This document shows positions 47,279 through 58,196 of a stretch of 64,000 nt of DNA, in pieces. The stretch's first letter is position 1. Each line of letters begins with the position of its first letter. Position numbers and translations under genes: made by a program. Source of the stretch: an uncultured Gammaproteobacteria bacterium (GTDB lineage: Bacteria; Patescibacteriota; Patescibacteriia; UBA9934; GWF2-40-263); contig CAYNRK010000001.1 in the NCBI GenBank assembly GCA_964399675.1, positions 137,221-201,220 on the forward strand, written 5' to 3'. Below the pieces are notes generated by a model. It made no database searches and was not told the origin of the DNA. It saw only the letters and a list, made by a program, of their open reading frames with translations.

Positions 47279-48217
47279 CTACGGCGTGGCCGCGGCCGGC
47301 TCGGGCTCGCTCGCGGTCGGGTCGCCGTTGGTCGGCTTGGCCTCGGCTTCGGGTTCCTCCGCGGTCTCGTCCGCTTCGGACTCCTTGATCTCGGGCGCCA
47401 GGTGCGCGTGCAGGTCCTCGATGCCGTAGGTGGGCGCGGCTGCGCTGAGCTCGGTGAACACGCTGCGCACGACCGTGTCGAAGATCTCGTCCTGCCGCCG
47501 CTCCCACAGCTCGTTGAGCCACTCCTGGAACTCGTGGAGCAGTGCATCGTAGTACGAGCCGGTTGGGTCGAAGCACGCGATCGGGATGTTGTGATCCTCG
47601 CGAGCCACCTGCTGGGCACGCTCGTGCTCGTGCTGGTATACCCCCATGTCTTTGTCGCTGGCGTTGGTCACCACCGTGAGCTGGTTTCGGTGGAGGCCGG
47701 TCAGCGCCTCTATCGCTCCCATCGGGCCGTTGTTGCCGACCGCGATCAGTTGCACGCCGTGTGCATCAAGGGCGCGGTCGTTGTTGAGACGATCGAAGAA
47801 GATCGCACGGATCAGCGGAACGAGCCGCTTGACCAGCGGTTCCTCCTTGCGCCAGCCGTACTCGAGCTCGCTGCTCAGTTCCTCGCGCAGATCCACGAGC
47901 GTGCTGCGCAGGGTCTCGGTCAGGAGCTCCCTGGTCGCGGCCGCGTGCTTCTTCCTGGGCGAGCGTACGAACACCATGCCGGCGTCCACGCTGTGATGCA
48001 GCTCGTAGAGGCCGCTACAGAGCGGACCGTCGTGATCCACGACTGCGGTTTCAGCCAACACCTGGATCCTGCCCGTGGTGGCTGAGTTGAACATGGGTGT
48101 GGTGTTGCACACCACGACCACGCCGGTGTCGGCATCAATCTCCACGCAGATCCGTACTGCCGCGGTGATCGGGTCTGCTGCCACGTCCCTCAGTGACTGT
48201 GTGCTAACGTCTGACAT
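47279..48217 (-). CDS. Hypothetical protein (paralog A) with acidic tail
   Basis: Paralog of 48475-49401; strongly GC-rich. Confidence 0.75.
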   Translation of the reverse strand: MSDVSTQSLRDVAADPITAAVRICVEIDADTGVVVVCNTTPMFNSATTGRIQVLAETAVVDHDGPLCSGLYELHHSVDAGMVFVRSPRKKHAAATRELLTETLRSTLVDLREELSSELEYGWRKEEPLVKRLVPLIRAIFFDRLNNDRALDAHGVQLIAVGNNGPMGAIEALTGLHRNQLTVVTNASDKDMGVYQHEHERAQQVAREDHNIPIACFDPTGSYYDALLHEFQEWLNELWERRQDEIFDTVVRSVFTELSAAAPTYGIEDLHAHLAPEIKESEADETAEEPEAEAKPTNGDPTASEPEPAAATP

Positions 48218-48474
48218 CTTAGCCCCTATGTTTCAGTATTGGCGAGAGACCATCCAGGTTTGCCAGGTTCCTGGAATAGAAACGGACATAGTTGTCCGCA
48301 ACGAACAGAATATAGCAGAGATTTGGGCGGATGTCAATGGTTGAACTGAGCATATTTAACTAAAGAATTGAGAGATTTTGAGAGTAATTACTTAAATTGA
48401 AAAGCCGTTCGTCACCAGGGTGGTGTCGAACGGCTCGTGTGTTGTCGTTGCCCTGAAAGGGCTTATAGCTCAGG

Positions 48475-49401
48475 CTAGCCCGGCGAAGCGGCGGTCTCGG
48501 CCTCGGGCTCGCTCGCGGCTGGGTCGCCGTTGGTCGGCTTGGCCTCGGCTTCGGGTTCCTCCGCGGTCTCGTCCGCTTCGGACTCCTTGATCTCGGGCGC
48601 CAGGTGCGCGTGCAGGTCCTCGATGCCGTAGGTGGGCGCGGCTGCGCTGAGCTCAGTGAACACGCTGCGCACGACCGTGTCGAACAGGGTCGGAGCGTGC
48701 TCGACCCAGAGCTCGTTCAGGTAGTTCTGGAACTCGCGGAGCAGCGCGTCGAAGTACGTACCGGTCGGGTCGAAGCAGTGCACTGCGATGTTGTTGTTCT
48801 CGACCACCTCGCTCGCACGTCGCTTCTGTGCCTCGCGTGCCTGGCTGCTTCCGCATTCGCAGCCGGGAGGGCAGCCGCCCTCGAGCATCGCCATGATGCC
48901 TTCGGGGCGACCCTGACCCACGGCCACGAGCTCGATCGCGTTCCTGTTGAACGGCCGCCCTTCCTTGATGCGGTCGAAGATCACGCGTCGCAGCTGGCCG
49001 GGCAGCCACTCGAGCAGCCGTTCTTCGCTGACCCACCAGTCGGTGAGCTCTTGGGCGAGCTCGGCGTGCAGACCGGGCAGCAGGCTGATGACCAGTCCGG
49101 TCAGCATCTCTCTGGTGCTGGCCGCGTGCGTCTTCCTGGGTCCCTGGATGAACACGATGCCACCCTCGATGCTGTACCGCATCGTGTAGTCGCCGCTGCA
49201 GAGCGGAGCCTCGTGCTGTCCGGCCTCTCGTGTGAGCTTGTCCGTGATCTTGTCCGCGGTCGACCACGCCATTGCTGGCTCGGTGGCCACAACCACGACC
49301 TCGCGTCCTTCGGCCCTGACCCTGAAGGTCAGCTGCACGCAAGCGTGGATCGGTTCGTCAGCGACCTCTCTGGGGCTGGGGAAGCTGATGTCTATCGACA
49401 T
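48475..49401 (-). CDS. Hypothetical protein (paralog B) with acidic tail
   Basis: Shares PLCSG.Y, CFDPTG.Y.DALL.EFQ and an almost identical C-terminus with paralog A. Confidence 0.75.
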   Translation of the reverse strand: MSIDISFPSPREVADEPIHACVQLTFRVRAEGREVVVVATEPAMAWSTADKITDKLTREAGQHEAPLCSGDYTMRYSIEGGIVFIQGPRKTHAASTREMLTGLVISLLPGLHAELAQELTDWWVSEERLLEWLPGQLRRVIFDRIKEGRPFNRNAIELVAVGQGRPEGIMAMLEGGCPPGCECGSSQAREAQKRRASEVVENNNIAVHCFDPTGTYFDALLREFQNYLNELWVEHAPTLFDTVVRSVFTELSAAAPTYGIEDLHAHLAPEIKESEADETAEEPEAEAKPTNGDPAASEPEAETAASPG

Positions 49402-49584
49402 GGTGTCTTTGCCTTTTCATCTTGTATTGGCAGGTTGGTCTAGGCTTGCCAATAACCTAGACAAGAAGCAGACGAACATGTCCGCAACGCACGAATGCTA
49501 CAGCAAAACACATAAATTGTCAAGGGTTTCTGGAATAAAAAATTTGCTTGACAGTCCAATAAAATAAGCTAAAATGCTCGCACT

Positions 49585-50037
49585 ATGAACAATCAATTTC
49601 AAAGAATTCTAAATCTTGTAAAAAAGACCGGCGATAGGCTTGTTGTAACTGATCAAGACGGTGAAAATACCTATGTGGTCATGGATATTGATGACTACGA
49701 AATGCTTGTTGATTCAGAAAACATGCCTCTTTTTGATGAGGACGATTATGAAGACTTTGATCTTCATGATGAAGTTGAGCCAGAAGAAGGCCAAACAAAA
49801 GAAATATCTGAGCCTCAAGACATCTGGAATGTTATGCAGTCTGCAGAAGATGGGGGAGAAACATGGGATCCATCAACTCTCTCAGAGGAAGAACTTTCAG
49901 ATTTGGAAGAGCAATATCAAAAATTTGCCGCTCGAAACATAGAACAAGCAATTGAAGAAGTGGTCCCTGAAGCTCCTAAAGTTGAGGAAAAACCAGACAT
50001 TGCAGAAGAGGAATTTTACCTTGAGCCAATTGAGTAA
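49585..50037 (+). CDS. Hypothetical protein, Phd/YefM-like N-terminus with acidic tail
   Basis: LVKKTGDRLVVT...YVVMDIDDYE; promoter TTGACA-16-TAAAAT just upstream. Confidence 0.7.
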   Translation: MNNQFQRILNLVKKTGDRLVVTDQDGENTYVVMDIDDYEMLVDSENMPLFDEDDYEDFDLHDEVEPEEGQTKEISEPQDIWNVMQSAEDGGETWDPSTLSEEELSDLEEQYQKFAARNIEQAIEEVVPEAPKVEEKPDIAEEEFYLEPIE

Positions 50038-50050
50038 TTTGGCTAACTTT

Positions 50051-50086
50051 AGCTACCTGATACTTGCTACCTGATACTTGCTACTT
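50051..50086 (+). repeat. 7/14-nt tandem repeat
   Basis: gctacctgatactt gctacctgatactt gctactt. Confidence 0.8.
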
Positions 50087-50199
50087 GTTGTGAACAACCT
50101 GTGCCCCAGACACTTGCGCGTTTTATGGCATTTTGCTATACTTTCGCACGTCTCTAAATAAACAAATATTTACTAAGATAAGTTAATTTTATAAAGAAT

Positions 50200-51393
50200 A
50201 TGGCTGAAGTCTTTGACCGAACAAAGCCACACGTTAATGTGGGAACCATTGGTCACGTTGATCATGGAAAAACAACATTAACGGCAGCTATTTTGGTTGC
50301 GTTAAAAGAAAAAGGTTTGAGTGCCCAAACAAAGGGTGTTGATGACCTTGATAAAGCCCCTGAGTCAAAAGCTCGTGGAATTACTATTGCCACAGCTCAC
50401 TGTGAGTACGAGTCTGCAAATCGTCACTATGCTCACGTTGACTGTCCAGGACACGCTGACTACATTAAAAACATGATTACCGGTGCCGCTCAGATGGACG
50501 GTGCGATTTTGGTTGTAAATGCTGCAGATGGCCCAATGCCACAAACTCGAGAGCACATCTTGCTTGCAAAACAAGTTGGTGTACCGGCAATGGTTGTCTT
50601 TCTTAATAAAACAGATCAAGTGGATGATCCAGAGCTTATTGATCTTGTTGAAGAGGAAGTTCGAGATCTTTTGAAAAAATATGAATTTCCTGGAGATGAG
50701 GTTCCAGTAATTCGTGGATCTGCTTTGAAAGCTCTTGAGAACCCAACAGATGAAGAGGCAGTAAAACCAATTCTAGAGCTTGTTGAAAAACTTGATACAT
50801 ATATTCCAGAGCCGGTTCGTGAAACAGACAAGCCATACCTCATGCCTATTGAAGATGTGTTTTCAATTGAAGGTCGTGGAACTGTTGTTACAGGTCGAAT
50901 CGAGCGTGGAATCGTCAAGGTGGGAGAAGAAATTGAAATCGTTGGGATCAAAGAAAAAGCAAAGAAAACAACAGTGACAGGAGTTGAAATGTTTAACAAG
51001 TCACTTGAAGAAGGGCGTGCTGGAGACAATGCTGGAATCTTGCTTCGTGGTATTAAGAAAGAAGAGGTTGAGCGCGGAATGGTTTTGGCTGCACCTGGAT
51101 CCATTACTCCACACACAGAAATCGAGGCAGAAGTATATGCTTTGACAAAGGAAGAAGGTGGTCGTCATAAACCATTCTTCAAAGGCTACAAGCCGCAGTT
51201 TTATATCCGAACCACAGATGTAACAGGTGATGTGACTCTTCCGGAAGGAACTGAAATGGTCATGCCGGGAGATACGGTCAATTTAACGATCAAGCTCATT
51301 CATCCGGTTGCTCTTGAAGAAAAGATGTCTTTTGCTATCCGAGAAGGTGGGCGAACTGTTGGGGCAGGAATCGTAACTAAAATTATCAATTAA
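50200..51393 (+). CDS. tuf: Elongation factor Tu
   Basis: [27 protein letters not shown]. Confidence 0.99.
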   Translation: MAEVFDRTKPHVNVGTIGHVDHGKTTLTAAILVALKEKGLSAQTKGVDDLDKAPESKARGITIATAHCEYESANRHYAHVDCPGHADYIKNMITGAAQMDGAILVVNAADGPMPQTREHILLAKQVGVPAMVVFLNKTDQVDDPELIDLVEEEVRDLLKKYEFPGDEVPVIRGSALKALENPTDEEAVKPILELVEKLDTYIPEPVRETDKPYLMPIEDVFSIEGRGTVVTGRIERGIVKVGEEIEIVGIKEKAKKTTVTGVEMFNKSLEEGRAGDNAGILLRGIKKEEVERGMVLAAPGSITPHTEIEAEVYALTKEEGGRHKPFFKGYKPQFYIRTTDVTGDVTLPEGTEMVMPGDTVNLTIKLIHPVALEEKMSFAIREGGRTVGAGIVTKIIN

Positions 51394-51445
51394 CCAATGG
51401 GAGGGGTGACTAGTCACTCCTCCTTTTCGTTCCTTTTTTACGCTT

Positions 51446-51787
51446 GTGACTAACACAACTACAACAAAGAAAAAAGAAGAAGAAAAGACACGCATCCGCA
51501 TTAAGATCAAGGCGTACGATAGTAAACTTATCGATCAAGCAACGCAAACGATCATGAAAACTGCAGAGCGATCCGGTGCAAAGATTATTGGCCCTGTTCC
51601 GCTTCCAACAGAGAAGCGTAAGTACACTGTCAATAAATCAACCTTTGTGCACAAAGATTCGCGTGAGCAATACGAGATGCGCATCCATAAACGGTTAATT
51701 GATATTACTGATCCAACCGAACGGACAATTGATTCTCTTATGAGTCTTAATTTGCCAGCTGGTGTAGACGTGGAAATCAAAACTTAG
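51446..51787 (+). CDS. rpsJ: 30S ribosomal protein S10
   Basis: [24 protein letters not shown]; GTG start. Confidence 0.97.
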   Translation: MTNTTTTKKKEEEKTRIRIKIKAYDSKLIDQATQTIMKTAERSGAKIIGPVPLPTEKRKYTVNKSTFVHKDSREQYEMRIHKRLIDITDPTERTIDSLMSLNLPAGVDVEIKT

Positions 51788-51985
51788 TAATCCAAGCAAC
51801 TCTTGGACATAGAAGAAAGATCCTGTGAGCAAAGGCCGCAGACCATTGGGGAAAACCTTCTAGAGATCTATAAAGTTGCTAAAGGAGAAATCGCCAATTA
51901 CATAACCTACAATTCCTTCAGTTAATTGAAGGTCAGAAGCTGTTTTCTAACGTCTTATTTGGGAAACAACTTCTGGCTTTTATAT

Positions 51986-52612
51986 ATGCCATTTATTATC
52001 GGACGCAAAATTGAAATGACACAAAAGTTCCAAGACAATGGAACGGTTGTTGCGGTTTCTCTTGTAAAAGTGGAACCAAATACTGTTACTCAGATTCGTG
52101 ATCTTGAAAAAGATGGCTATGTTGCTGTGCAACTTGGAACTGGAAAAGCAAAGCATTTAAAAAAGCCACAAGCCGGTCATCTTAAAGATTTGTCTGAGCT
52201 TCGAACTCTTCGCGAGTTTCGTGTAGACGAAACAGATTTGAAGCGAGGGGATATAGTTGATGTAAATGCGTTTGAACCAGGAACAAAAGTTGATGTTACA
52301 GGGTTTTCAAAAGGCCGTGGTTTTGCTGGTGTGATGAAACGATACAACTTTAAATGTGGACGAGCTACACATGGAAACAAAGATCAGCAACGCATGCCAG
52401 GTTCCATTGCTTCTCATCCACAAGGAAAAGTGATTAAGGGACAGAAAATGCCAGGACGCATGGGAAACGATCGTGTGACTGTAAAGAATTTGGAAGTTGT
52501 TTCAGTAGATCCAGATAAAAATATCATTGCAATAAAAGGCGCTATTCCAGGTGCTCGTGGTGGAGTTATTTTGATTAAAGCGCGTGATGGAAAATCAATA
52601 TGGCAACAGTAA
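51986..52612 (+). CDS. rplC: 50S ribosomal protein L3
   Basis: DGYVAVQLG, SKGRGFAGVMKR. Confidence 0.97.
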   Translation: MPFIIGRKIEMTQKFQDNGTVVAVSLVKVEPNTVTQIRDLEKDGYVAVQLGTGKAKHLKKPQAGHLKDLSELRTLREFRVDETDLKRGDIVDVNAFEPGTKVDVTGFSKGRGFAGVMKRYNFKCGRATHGNKDQQRMPGSIASHPQGKVIKGQKMPGRMGNDRVTVKNLEVVSVDPDKNIIAIKGAIPGARGGVILIKARDGKSIWQQ

Positions 52613-53235
52613 AGATTTACAATATAGAAGGTCAAGAAACAGGAACAGTTGAACTGAGTGCTGCTTTATTTGAAGTGTCAGTAAATCCAGCGTTGGTGCA
52701 TGAAGCTGTTGTTGCTCAAAGTGCCAATGCTCGCGATGTGATTGCGCATGCCAAAGATCGGTCAGAAGTTCGTGGTGGTGGAAGAAAGCCTTGGAAACAA
52801 AAAGGAACAGGACGAGCTCGGCACGGATCTCGTAGATCACCGATTTGGTCTGGTGGTGGAGTAACTTTTGGTCCTCAAAAGATTCGAAATTTTGCAAGAA
52901 AGATCAATGCCAAAGCAAAGCGCAAAGCACTTGCAATGGTTCTGTCCGATAAGGTGAGTAGCAATCAGTTTGTTGTTGTTGAAAAACTTGATGTGGTTGA
53001 CGCAAAGACAAAGCAGCTTTCAGGTTTTGTGAAGAAACTTCCTATTGAAGGAAAAAAGATGCTTTTGATTGCAAAACCAGAAAATACATCAGTTGCACTT
53101 GCTGCACAGAATATTCAAAATGTCTCAACACTTCCATCAAACAGTTTGAATGTGATTGATCTTCTCAGACACGACTCAGTGGTTGTGACAAAATTAGCTC
53201 TTGAACAAATTGAAGAGATTTACGGCAAAAAGTAA
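52600..53235 (+). CDS. rplD: 50S ribosomal protein L4
   Basis: RSEVRGGGRKPWKQKGTGRARHGS. Confidence 0.97.
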   Translation: MATVKIYNIEGQETGTVELSAALFEVSVNPALVHEAVVAQSANARDVIAHAKDRSEVRGGGRKPWKQKGTGRARHGSRRSPIWSGGGVTFGPQKIRNFARKINAKAKRKALAMVLSDKVSSNQFVVVEKLDVVDAKTKQLSGFVKKLPIEGKKMLLIAKPENTSVALAAQNIQNVSTLPSNSLNVIDLLRHDSVVVTKLALEQIEEIYGKK

Positions 53236-53236
53236 T

Positions 53237-53722
53237 ATGGGAATCTTGAAGAAATTTACAAAGAAAGCAGACAAGAAAGTGTTTGAAGAAAAAAAGAATG
53301 ACACGCAGAAACCAACTGTGCTGGCTTCAGTTCCCAAAAAAGTAGATAGCAAAAAGAAAGTAGAAAAACCCGCCCGGCCATTAGGCCGTTCGGACGGGAA
53401 GCCGGTTGTAAAGAAATCATCTAAAACAAAATCAACCTTTTATCTTACTGAAGCGGTTTTGTATCCAGTGGTTACCGAGAAATCAGCAGTACTTGCATCA
53501 AGCAACAAGTATGTGTTTGCGATTGATAAGAACGCAAATAAGATTCAAGTACGTTCAGCAATCAAAGCAATGTACGGAATCACACCTGTTTCTGTGAATA
53601 TCCAAAACATGAAAGGAAAAAAGGTTCGACATGGTCGAAAGTTTGGAAAGCGAAAAGATTGGAAAAAAGCGATTGTGACTTTGCCTGAAGGAAAAACTAT
53701 TGATGTTTACGAAGGAGTCTAA
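53237..53722 (+). CDS. rplW: 50S ribosomal protein L23 with N-terminal extension
   Basis: [15 protein letters not shown]. Confidence 0.95.
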   Translation: MGILKKFTKKADKKVFEEKKNDTQKPTVLASVPKKVDSKKKVEKPARPLGRSDGKPVVKKSSKTKSTFYLTEAVLYPVVTEKSAVLASSNKYVFAIDKNANKIQVRSAIKAMYGITPVSVNIQNMKGKKVRHGRKFGKRKDWKKAIVTLPEGKTIDVYEGV

Positions 53723-53723
53723 T

Positions 53724-54572
53724 ATGCCGATTCGAAAATACAAACCAACAACTCCAGGACGTCGCATTTCCAGTGTGGACACTTTTGAAGATGTAACAGC
53801 AAAGAAACCACACAAGAAACTCACCAAGATCCGAAAGCAACATGCTGGTCGTACAAAAGGAAAGATTACAGTACGACACAGAGGTGGCGGTGCAAGGCGA
53901 CGAGTTCGACTCATTGATTTCAAACGAGACAAGTTTGATATTCCCGCAAAAGTTGCAACAATTGAGTATGATCCAAATCGAGGTGCACGTGTAGCATTAC
54001 TTAATTATGCTGATGGGGAAAAGCGATACATGCTAGCACCTGTTGGTTTAAAAGTTGGCGATACAGTTGTTTCTTCAAAGAAGAAGGGCGAGATTCACAA
54101 AGGAAACCGTTATCCATTAGAGTTGATTCCAATCGGCATGCAGGTGTACAACATTGAGTTGTTGCCTGGAAAAGGTGGTCAGCTTGTTCGTGGCGCTGGA
54201 GCCAGTGCACAGCTTATGGCAGTTGAAGGAGCTCATGCAACATTTAAGCTTCCATCTGGTGAGGTTCGTATGGTACTCAAAACATGCATGGCAACACTTG
54301 GACAATCATCAAATCCCGATTACCGATTGATTCGTTGGGGAAAAGCTGGTAGAACAAGACATCGAGGCATTAGACCAACGGTTCGCGGAAAAGCAATGAA
54401 TCCATGTGATCACCCTCACGGAGGTGGAGAAGGCGGATCACCAATTGGGCTCAAGCGTCCAAAGACACCGACTGGAAAGGCTGCGCTTGGTGTAAAGACC
54501 AGACGAAAAAGAGGAAGCGATAAACTAATAATCAAACGTCGAAAAAAAGGTAGGTTCGTAGGCGGAAAGTAA
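53724..54572 (+). CDS. rplB: 50S ribosomal protein L2
   Basis: [27 protein letters not shown]. Confidence 0.98.
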   Translation: MPIRKYKPTTPGRRISSVDTFEDVTAKKPHKKLTKIRKQHAGRTKGKITVRHRGGGARRRVRLIDFKRDKFDIPAKVATIEYDPNRGARVALLNYADGEKRYMLAPVGLKVGDTVVSSKKKGEIHKGNRYPLELIPIGMQVYNIELLPGKGGQLVRGAGASAQLMAVEGAHATFKLPSGEVRMVLKTCMATLGQSSNPDYRLIRWGKAGRTRHRGIRPTVRGKAMNPCDHPHGGGEGGSPIGLKRPKTPTGKAALGVKTRRKRGSDKLIIKRRKKGRFVGGK

Positions 54573-54573
54573 T

Positions 54574-54849
54574 ATGTCTAGAAGTTTGAAAAAAGGACCT
54601 TACGTCCACCCAAAATTACTCAAAAAGCTCTTAAAGATGAAGCAGGGTGATCAGACCCCGATTAAGACTTGGGCACGGGCATCAACAATCACACCACAAA
54701 TGGTTGGATTCATCTTTGCTGTTCATAACGGCAAGGACTTCATCAAAGTAAGAGTCGTTGAGAACATGGTTGGTCACAAGCTTGGTGAATTTTCACCAAC
54801 AAAGAAGTTTGTCCGCCATGGTGGTAAGTTGGCCAAAGGTCAAAAATAA
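54574..54849 (+). CDS. rpsS: 30S ribosomal protein S19
   Basis: [18 protein letters not shown]. Confidence 0.98.
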   Translation: MSRSLKKGPYVHPKLLKKLLKMKQGDQTPIKTWARASTITPQMVGFIFAVHNGKDFIKVRVVENMVGHKLGEFSPTKKFVRHGGKLAKGQK

Positions 54850-54853
54850 AAGT

Positions 54854-54921
54854 GGAACTGGGTTCTGGGGCCTGGGAACTGGGAATGAAATCCCAGCGCC
54901 TAGCCCCCAGTCCCTAGTACC
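54854..54921. repeat. Inverted array of heptamer repeats (GGAACTG/CCCAGC type)
   Basis: ggaactgggttctggggcctgggaactggga..tcccagcgcctagcccccagtccctag; related copy at 58121-58190. Confidence 0.8.
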
Positions 54922-54932
54922 AATAAGTTACT

Positions 54933-55343
54933 ATGCAAGTTAAAGCAAAAGCACGGTTTATCCGCATGTCCCCCCGAAAAGTTCGACTCGTTGTCGACCA
55001 GATTCGTGGCATGCAGGTTGCTGGTGCGCAGACTCAGCTTAAGTTCATGAACAAGGCAGCTGCTCAACCTGTGCTAAAGCTTTTAGATTCTGCTATTGCA
55101 AATGCTAAGAATAACTTTGGACTGGATGAGACAAAGCTTTTTGTAAAAGCGATTGCTGCTGATGAAGGTCCAACACTTCATAGATGGAAACCAAGAGCGT
55201 TTGGACGAGCAACACCAATTAGAAAACGTTCAACTCACATCTCGATTATTTTGGAAGAAAAAGGGACAAAGGTAGAAAAGGTAGAGAAGGTGGAAAGGAA
55301 AGAGAAGAAGGTAGAGAAAGCAAAACCAATAACTAACAAATAG
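54933..55343 (+). CDS. rplV: 50S ribosomal protein L22 with KVE-repeat tail
   Basis: RMSPRKVRLV, PRAFGRA. Confidence 0.97.
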   Translation: MQVKAKARFIRMSPRKVRLVVDQIRGMQVAGAQTQLKFMNKAAAQPVLKLLDSAIANAKNNFGLDETKLFVKAIAADEGPTLHRWKPRAFGRATPIRKRSTHISIILEEKGTKVEKVEKVERKEKKVEKAKPITNK

Positions 55344-55345
55344 AT

Positions 55346-55996
55346 ATGGGACAAAAAGTACATCCACGATCATTCCGCATCGCAGTCACCAAAGGGTGGG
55401 ATGGAATTTGGTTTGCAAATAAAAAGGCTTACAGAGACAACCTGCAGGAAGACATTCGTATTCGGGCGTTTTTGAAAGAGCTTTTAAAAGAAGCTTTGAT
55501 TGATCGAATTGAAATTGGGCGTTCAAGAGAAGAAGTCAAATTTACAATTCATGCTGCAAAGCCGGGAATAATTATTGGACGTGCTGGTTCTGGTATTGAA
55601 GAGATTAATAAAAAATTAAAGAAAAATTTTTTCCGAGGTCGCAGAGTCAAAGTGAGTATCAATGTGAAGGAGTTGCAAAAGCCATCATTATCAGCACATG
55701 TGGTTGCACAGCAAATCGTGGCTGATCTTGAACGTCGTATGCCGTTTCGTCGTGTGATGAAAGGTGCTATTGAACGAGTTTTAAAGGCTGATGCTGTAGG
55801 GGTAAAGGTGACCGTTGGTGGTCGTCTAAACGGAGCAGAAATTGCTCGATCAGAAACCATTTCAAAAGGTAAGATTCCTTTGCACACTCTTCGCGCTGAT
55901 ATTGACTTTGCTTCTGTGATGGCACGAACCATCTGGGGAGCTATTGGAATTAAAGTTTGGATTAATCGCGGCGAAGTCTTTGAGAGCAAGAAGTAA
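55346..55996 (+). CDS. rpsC: 30S ribosomal protein S3
   Basis: [27 protein letters not shown]. Confidence 0.98.
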   Translation: MGQKVHPRSFRIAVTKGWDGIWFANKKAYRDNLQEDIRIRAFLKELLKEALIDRIEIGRSREEVKFTIHAAKPGIIIGRAGSGIEEINKKLKKNFFRGRRVKVSINVKELQKPSLSAHVVAQQIVADLERRMPFRRVMKGAIERVLKADAVGVKVTVGGRLNGAEIARSETISKGKIPLHTLRADIDFASVMARTIWGAIGIKVWINRGEVFESKK

Positions 55997-55998
55997 TT

Positions 55999-56421
55999 AT
56001 GTTGATCCCAAAGAAAGTAAAACATAGAAAATGGCACAAAGGTCGCGGTCGCGGCAAGCGTTTGGCTACTCGCAAGACTCGAATTGCGTTTGGTCAATTT
56101 GGTTTGAAGGCTACTACTGAGTGTTGGGTAACTTCACGACAGATTGAGGCAGCACGTCGAGCAATGACCCGTGCGGTTAAGCGTGGTGGAAAAATTTGGA
56201 TTAGAATTTTTCCAGACAAACCAGTAACTGCAAAAGGTTCTGAAATGCCAATGGGAAAAGGAAAAGGTGCTGTTGATCATTATGTCTGTGTTGTAAGACC
56301 TGGGACGGTTATGTTTGAAATGGCTGGAATCGAAGAAGACCTTGCAAGAAAGGCGTTAACACTTGCGGCACATAAACTGCCAGTGAAGACAAAAATAATC
56401 AAAAAAGGGTTGGGGAATTAA
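55999..56421 (+). CDS. rplP: 50S ribosomal protein L16
   Basis: [21 protein letters not shown]. Confidence 0.98.
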   Translation: MLIPKKVKHRKWHKGRGRGKRLATRKTRIAFGQFGLKATTECWVTSRQIEAARRAMTRAVKRGGKIWIRIFPDKPVTAKGSEMPMGKGKGAVDHYVCVVRPGTVMFEMAGIEEDLARKALTLAAHKLPVKTKIIKKGLGN

Positions 56422-56428
56422 TAGAAGT

Positions 56429-56626
56429 ATGGATGCAAAAACATTAAGGACAAAAACTGTGCAAGGACTCGAGCGTGAGTTAGAAGAAGCACAAGAGCAA
56501 TTAAAAGAGCTCAGATTCAAGTTGTCTTCTCATCAACTCAAAAACGTGCGAGAAGTGCGAAAGGTTCGTCAGGGTATTGCGCGGATTAAAACAGTTTTAA
56601 AAGAGTTGGCGCAAAAAAGTGAATAA
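56429..56626 (+). CDS. rpmC: 50S ribosomal protein L29
   Basis: [11 protein letters not shown]; operon position. Confidence 0.95.
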   Translation: MDAKTLRTKTVQGLERELEEAQEQLKELRFKLSSHQLKNVREVRKVRQGIARIKTVLKELAQKSE

Positions 56627-56627
56627 T

Positions 56628-56873
56628 ATGACAGAACAAACACGAACAATCCGAAGAACGCTTACCGGAAAAGTGGTTTCAACGAAAATGAATAAAACCA
56701 TTGTGGTTCAGGTTGACCGAACTGTTGTGCATCCAAAGTATAAGAAGCGATATCTGCAAAGTAAGAAGTTTCATGTACATGATGAAGAAGGAAAAGCTAA
56801 AGTTGGTGATAAGGTAACTTTCCGTGAGTGCAGACCAGTGTCTAAGACTAAGCGATGGAGACTAGTTAAATAA
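56628..56873 (+). CDS. rpsQ: 30S ribosomal protein S17
   Basis: [22 protein letters not shown]. Confidence 0.97.
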   Translation: MTEQTRTIRRTLTGKVVSTKMNKTIVVQVDRTVVHPKYKKRYLQSKKFHVHDEEGKAKVGDKVTFRECRPVSKTKRWRLVK

Positions 56874-56874
56874 T

Positions 56875-57246
56875 ATGGTACAGGAAGAATCAGTGCTCAA
56901 AGTTGCAGACAACTCAGGTGCGAAAAAGCTCAAAGTCATTCGCGTTCTGGGTGGGTATAAGAAACGATATGCTTTTATCGGAGATTTGGTGACCGCAACT
57001 GTCAAAGAGGCAATCCCACACGCAAACGTAAAAAAGAGTGATATTGTAATAGCTGTAATTGTGCGATCACGAAAAGAAACTCGACGTAAAGATGGAACTT
57101 ATATACGATTTGATGAAAATGCGGCAGTTATTATTGATAAGAAAACCAAGGAGCCAAGGGGAACACGAATCTTTGGACCAGTCCCCAGAGAATTAAGGGC
57201 ATTGGGTTATAACAAAATAGTCTCACTTGCTCCCGAGGTGCTTTAA
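56875..57246 (+). CDS. rplN: 50S ribosomal protein L14
   Basis: [23 protein letters not shown]. Confidence 0.98.
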   Translation: MVQEESVLKVADNSGAKKLKVIRVLGGYKKRYAFIGDLVTATVKEAIPHANVKKSDIVIAVIVRSRKETRRKDGTYIRFDENAAVIIDKKTKEPRGTRIFGPVPRELRALGYNKIVSLAPEVL

Positions 57247-57252
57247 TTGAGT

Positions 57253-57576
57253 ATGAAAATCAAAACAGGCGACAATGTAAAAATCCTCGCAGGAAAGGAT
57301 CGAGGAAAAGAAGGAAAAGTGCTTCAGGTATTTCCAAAGCACCAGCGTGTTGTGGTTGAGGGAGTAAACTTGATGACAAAGCATTTGAAAAAGCGCGGAA
57401 ATCATCCCGGACAAAAAATTCAGTTTTCATCCCCGGTTCACATTTCAAATGTGAAATTGATTTCACCAAAGTCAGGAACAAGTGGACGGGTTGGATTCAA
57501 GTCTATTGAAAAGGAAGGGTCAAAGCAAAAAATTCGCGTTATTCGATCAAAAGGTAAAGTAGAAGATATTGATTAA
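57253..57576 (+). CDS. rplX: 50S ribosomal protein L24
   Basis: GDNVKILAGKDRGKEG, HISNV. Confidence 0.97.
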   Translation: MKIKTGDNVKILAGKDRGKEGKVLQVFPKHQRVVVEGVNLMTKHLKKRGNHPGQKIQFSSPVHISNVKLISPKSGTSGRVGFKSIEKEGSKQKIRVIRSKGKVEDID

Positions 57577-57577
57577 T

Positions 57578-58117
57578 ATGGATTTCAAACAGTTCTACAA
57601 TAAAGAAGTTATTCCAAAGCTCAAGAAAGAATTTGGGTATAAGAATGTTAACGCTGTCCCAACTATTAAGACAATAACGCTTAATGTTGGTTTGGGCCAA
57701 GGGCTTAAGGATGCTCGATATCTTGAGACTGCTGAAAATACCCTCAGTCGCATAACAGGGCAAAAGCCTGTTATGACCAAAGCAAGAAAGTCTATTGCTG
57801 GATTCAAAATTCGAGAGGGCAATACCGTTGGAATGAAAGTTACTCTGCGTGGAAAGCGAATGTGGGACTTTTTGGAAAAGCTAATCAAAGTATCCCTGCC
57901 GCGTGTGCGAGACTTTCGAGGGCTTCCACCAAAAGCTTTTGATCGTTCAGGAAATTATTCCATAGGATTTAAAGAGCACATGGCTTTTCCAGAGATCAGA
58001 AGTGATGAGATTGAATTGGTTCACGGGTTACAGGTAACGATCGGTACAACAGCAAAGAATAGTCAGGAAGGAAAAGCACTGCTAAAAAATCTAGGACTTC
58101 CATTAAAGAAAAAATAA
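57578..58117 (+). CDS. rplE: 50S ribosomal protein L5
   Basis: ITGQKP, KVTLRG, LPRVRDFRG. Confidence 0.98.
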   Translation: MDFKQFYNKEVIPKLKKEFGYKNVNAVPTIKTITLNVGLGQGLKDARYLETAENTLSRITGQKPVMTKARKSIAGFKIREGNTVGMKVTLRGKRMWDFLEKLIKVSLPRVRDFRGLPPKAFDRSGNYSIGFKEHMAFPEIRSDEIELVHGLQVTIGTTAKNSQEGKALLKNLGLPLKKK

Positions 58118-58120
58118 AAG

Positions 58121-58190
58121 GAACTTGGAACTGGGTTCTGGGAACTGGGAATTCAAATCCCAGCACCCAGCACCCATGTCCTAGTCCCCA
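58121..58190. repeat. Inverted array of heptamer repeats
   Basis: ggaactgggttctgggaactggga..tcccagcacccagcaccc. Confidence 0.8.
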
Positions 58191-58196
58191 ATACCT

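Noticed and set aside
47279-49401. Diversity-generating retroelement TR/VR pair
   Set aside because: No reverse transcriptase in the window; both copies are coding; only 3 mismatches, too few to show adenine-directed diversification
54854-58190. CRISPR-like repeats
   Set aside because: Short heptamer tandem/inverted arrays without unique spacers; no cas genes
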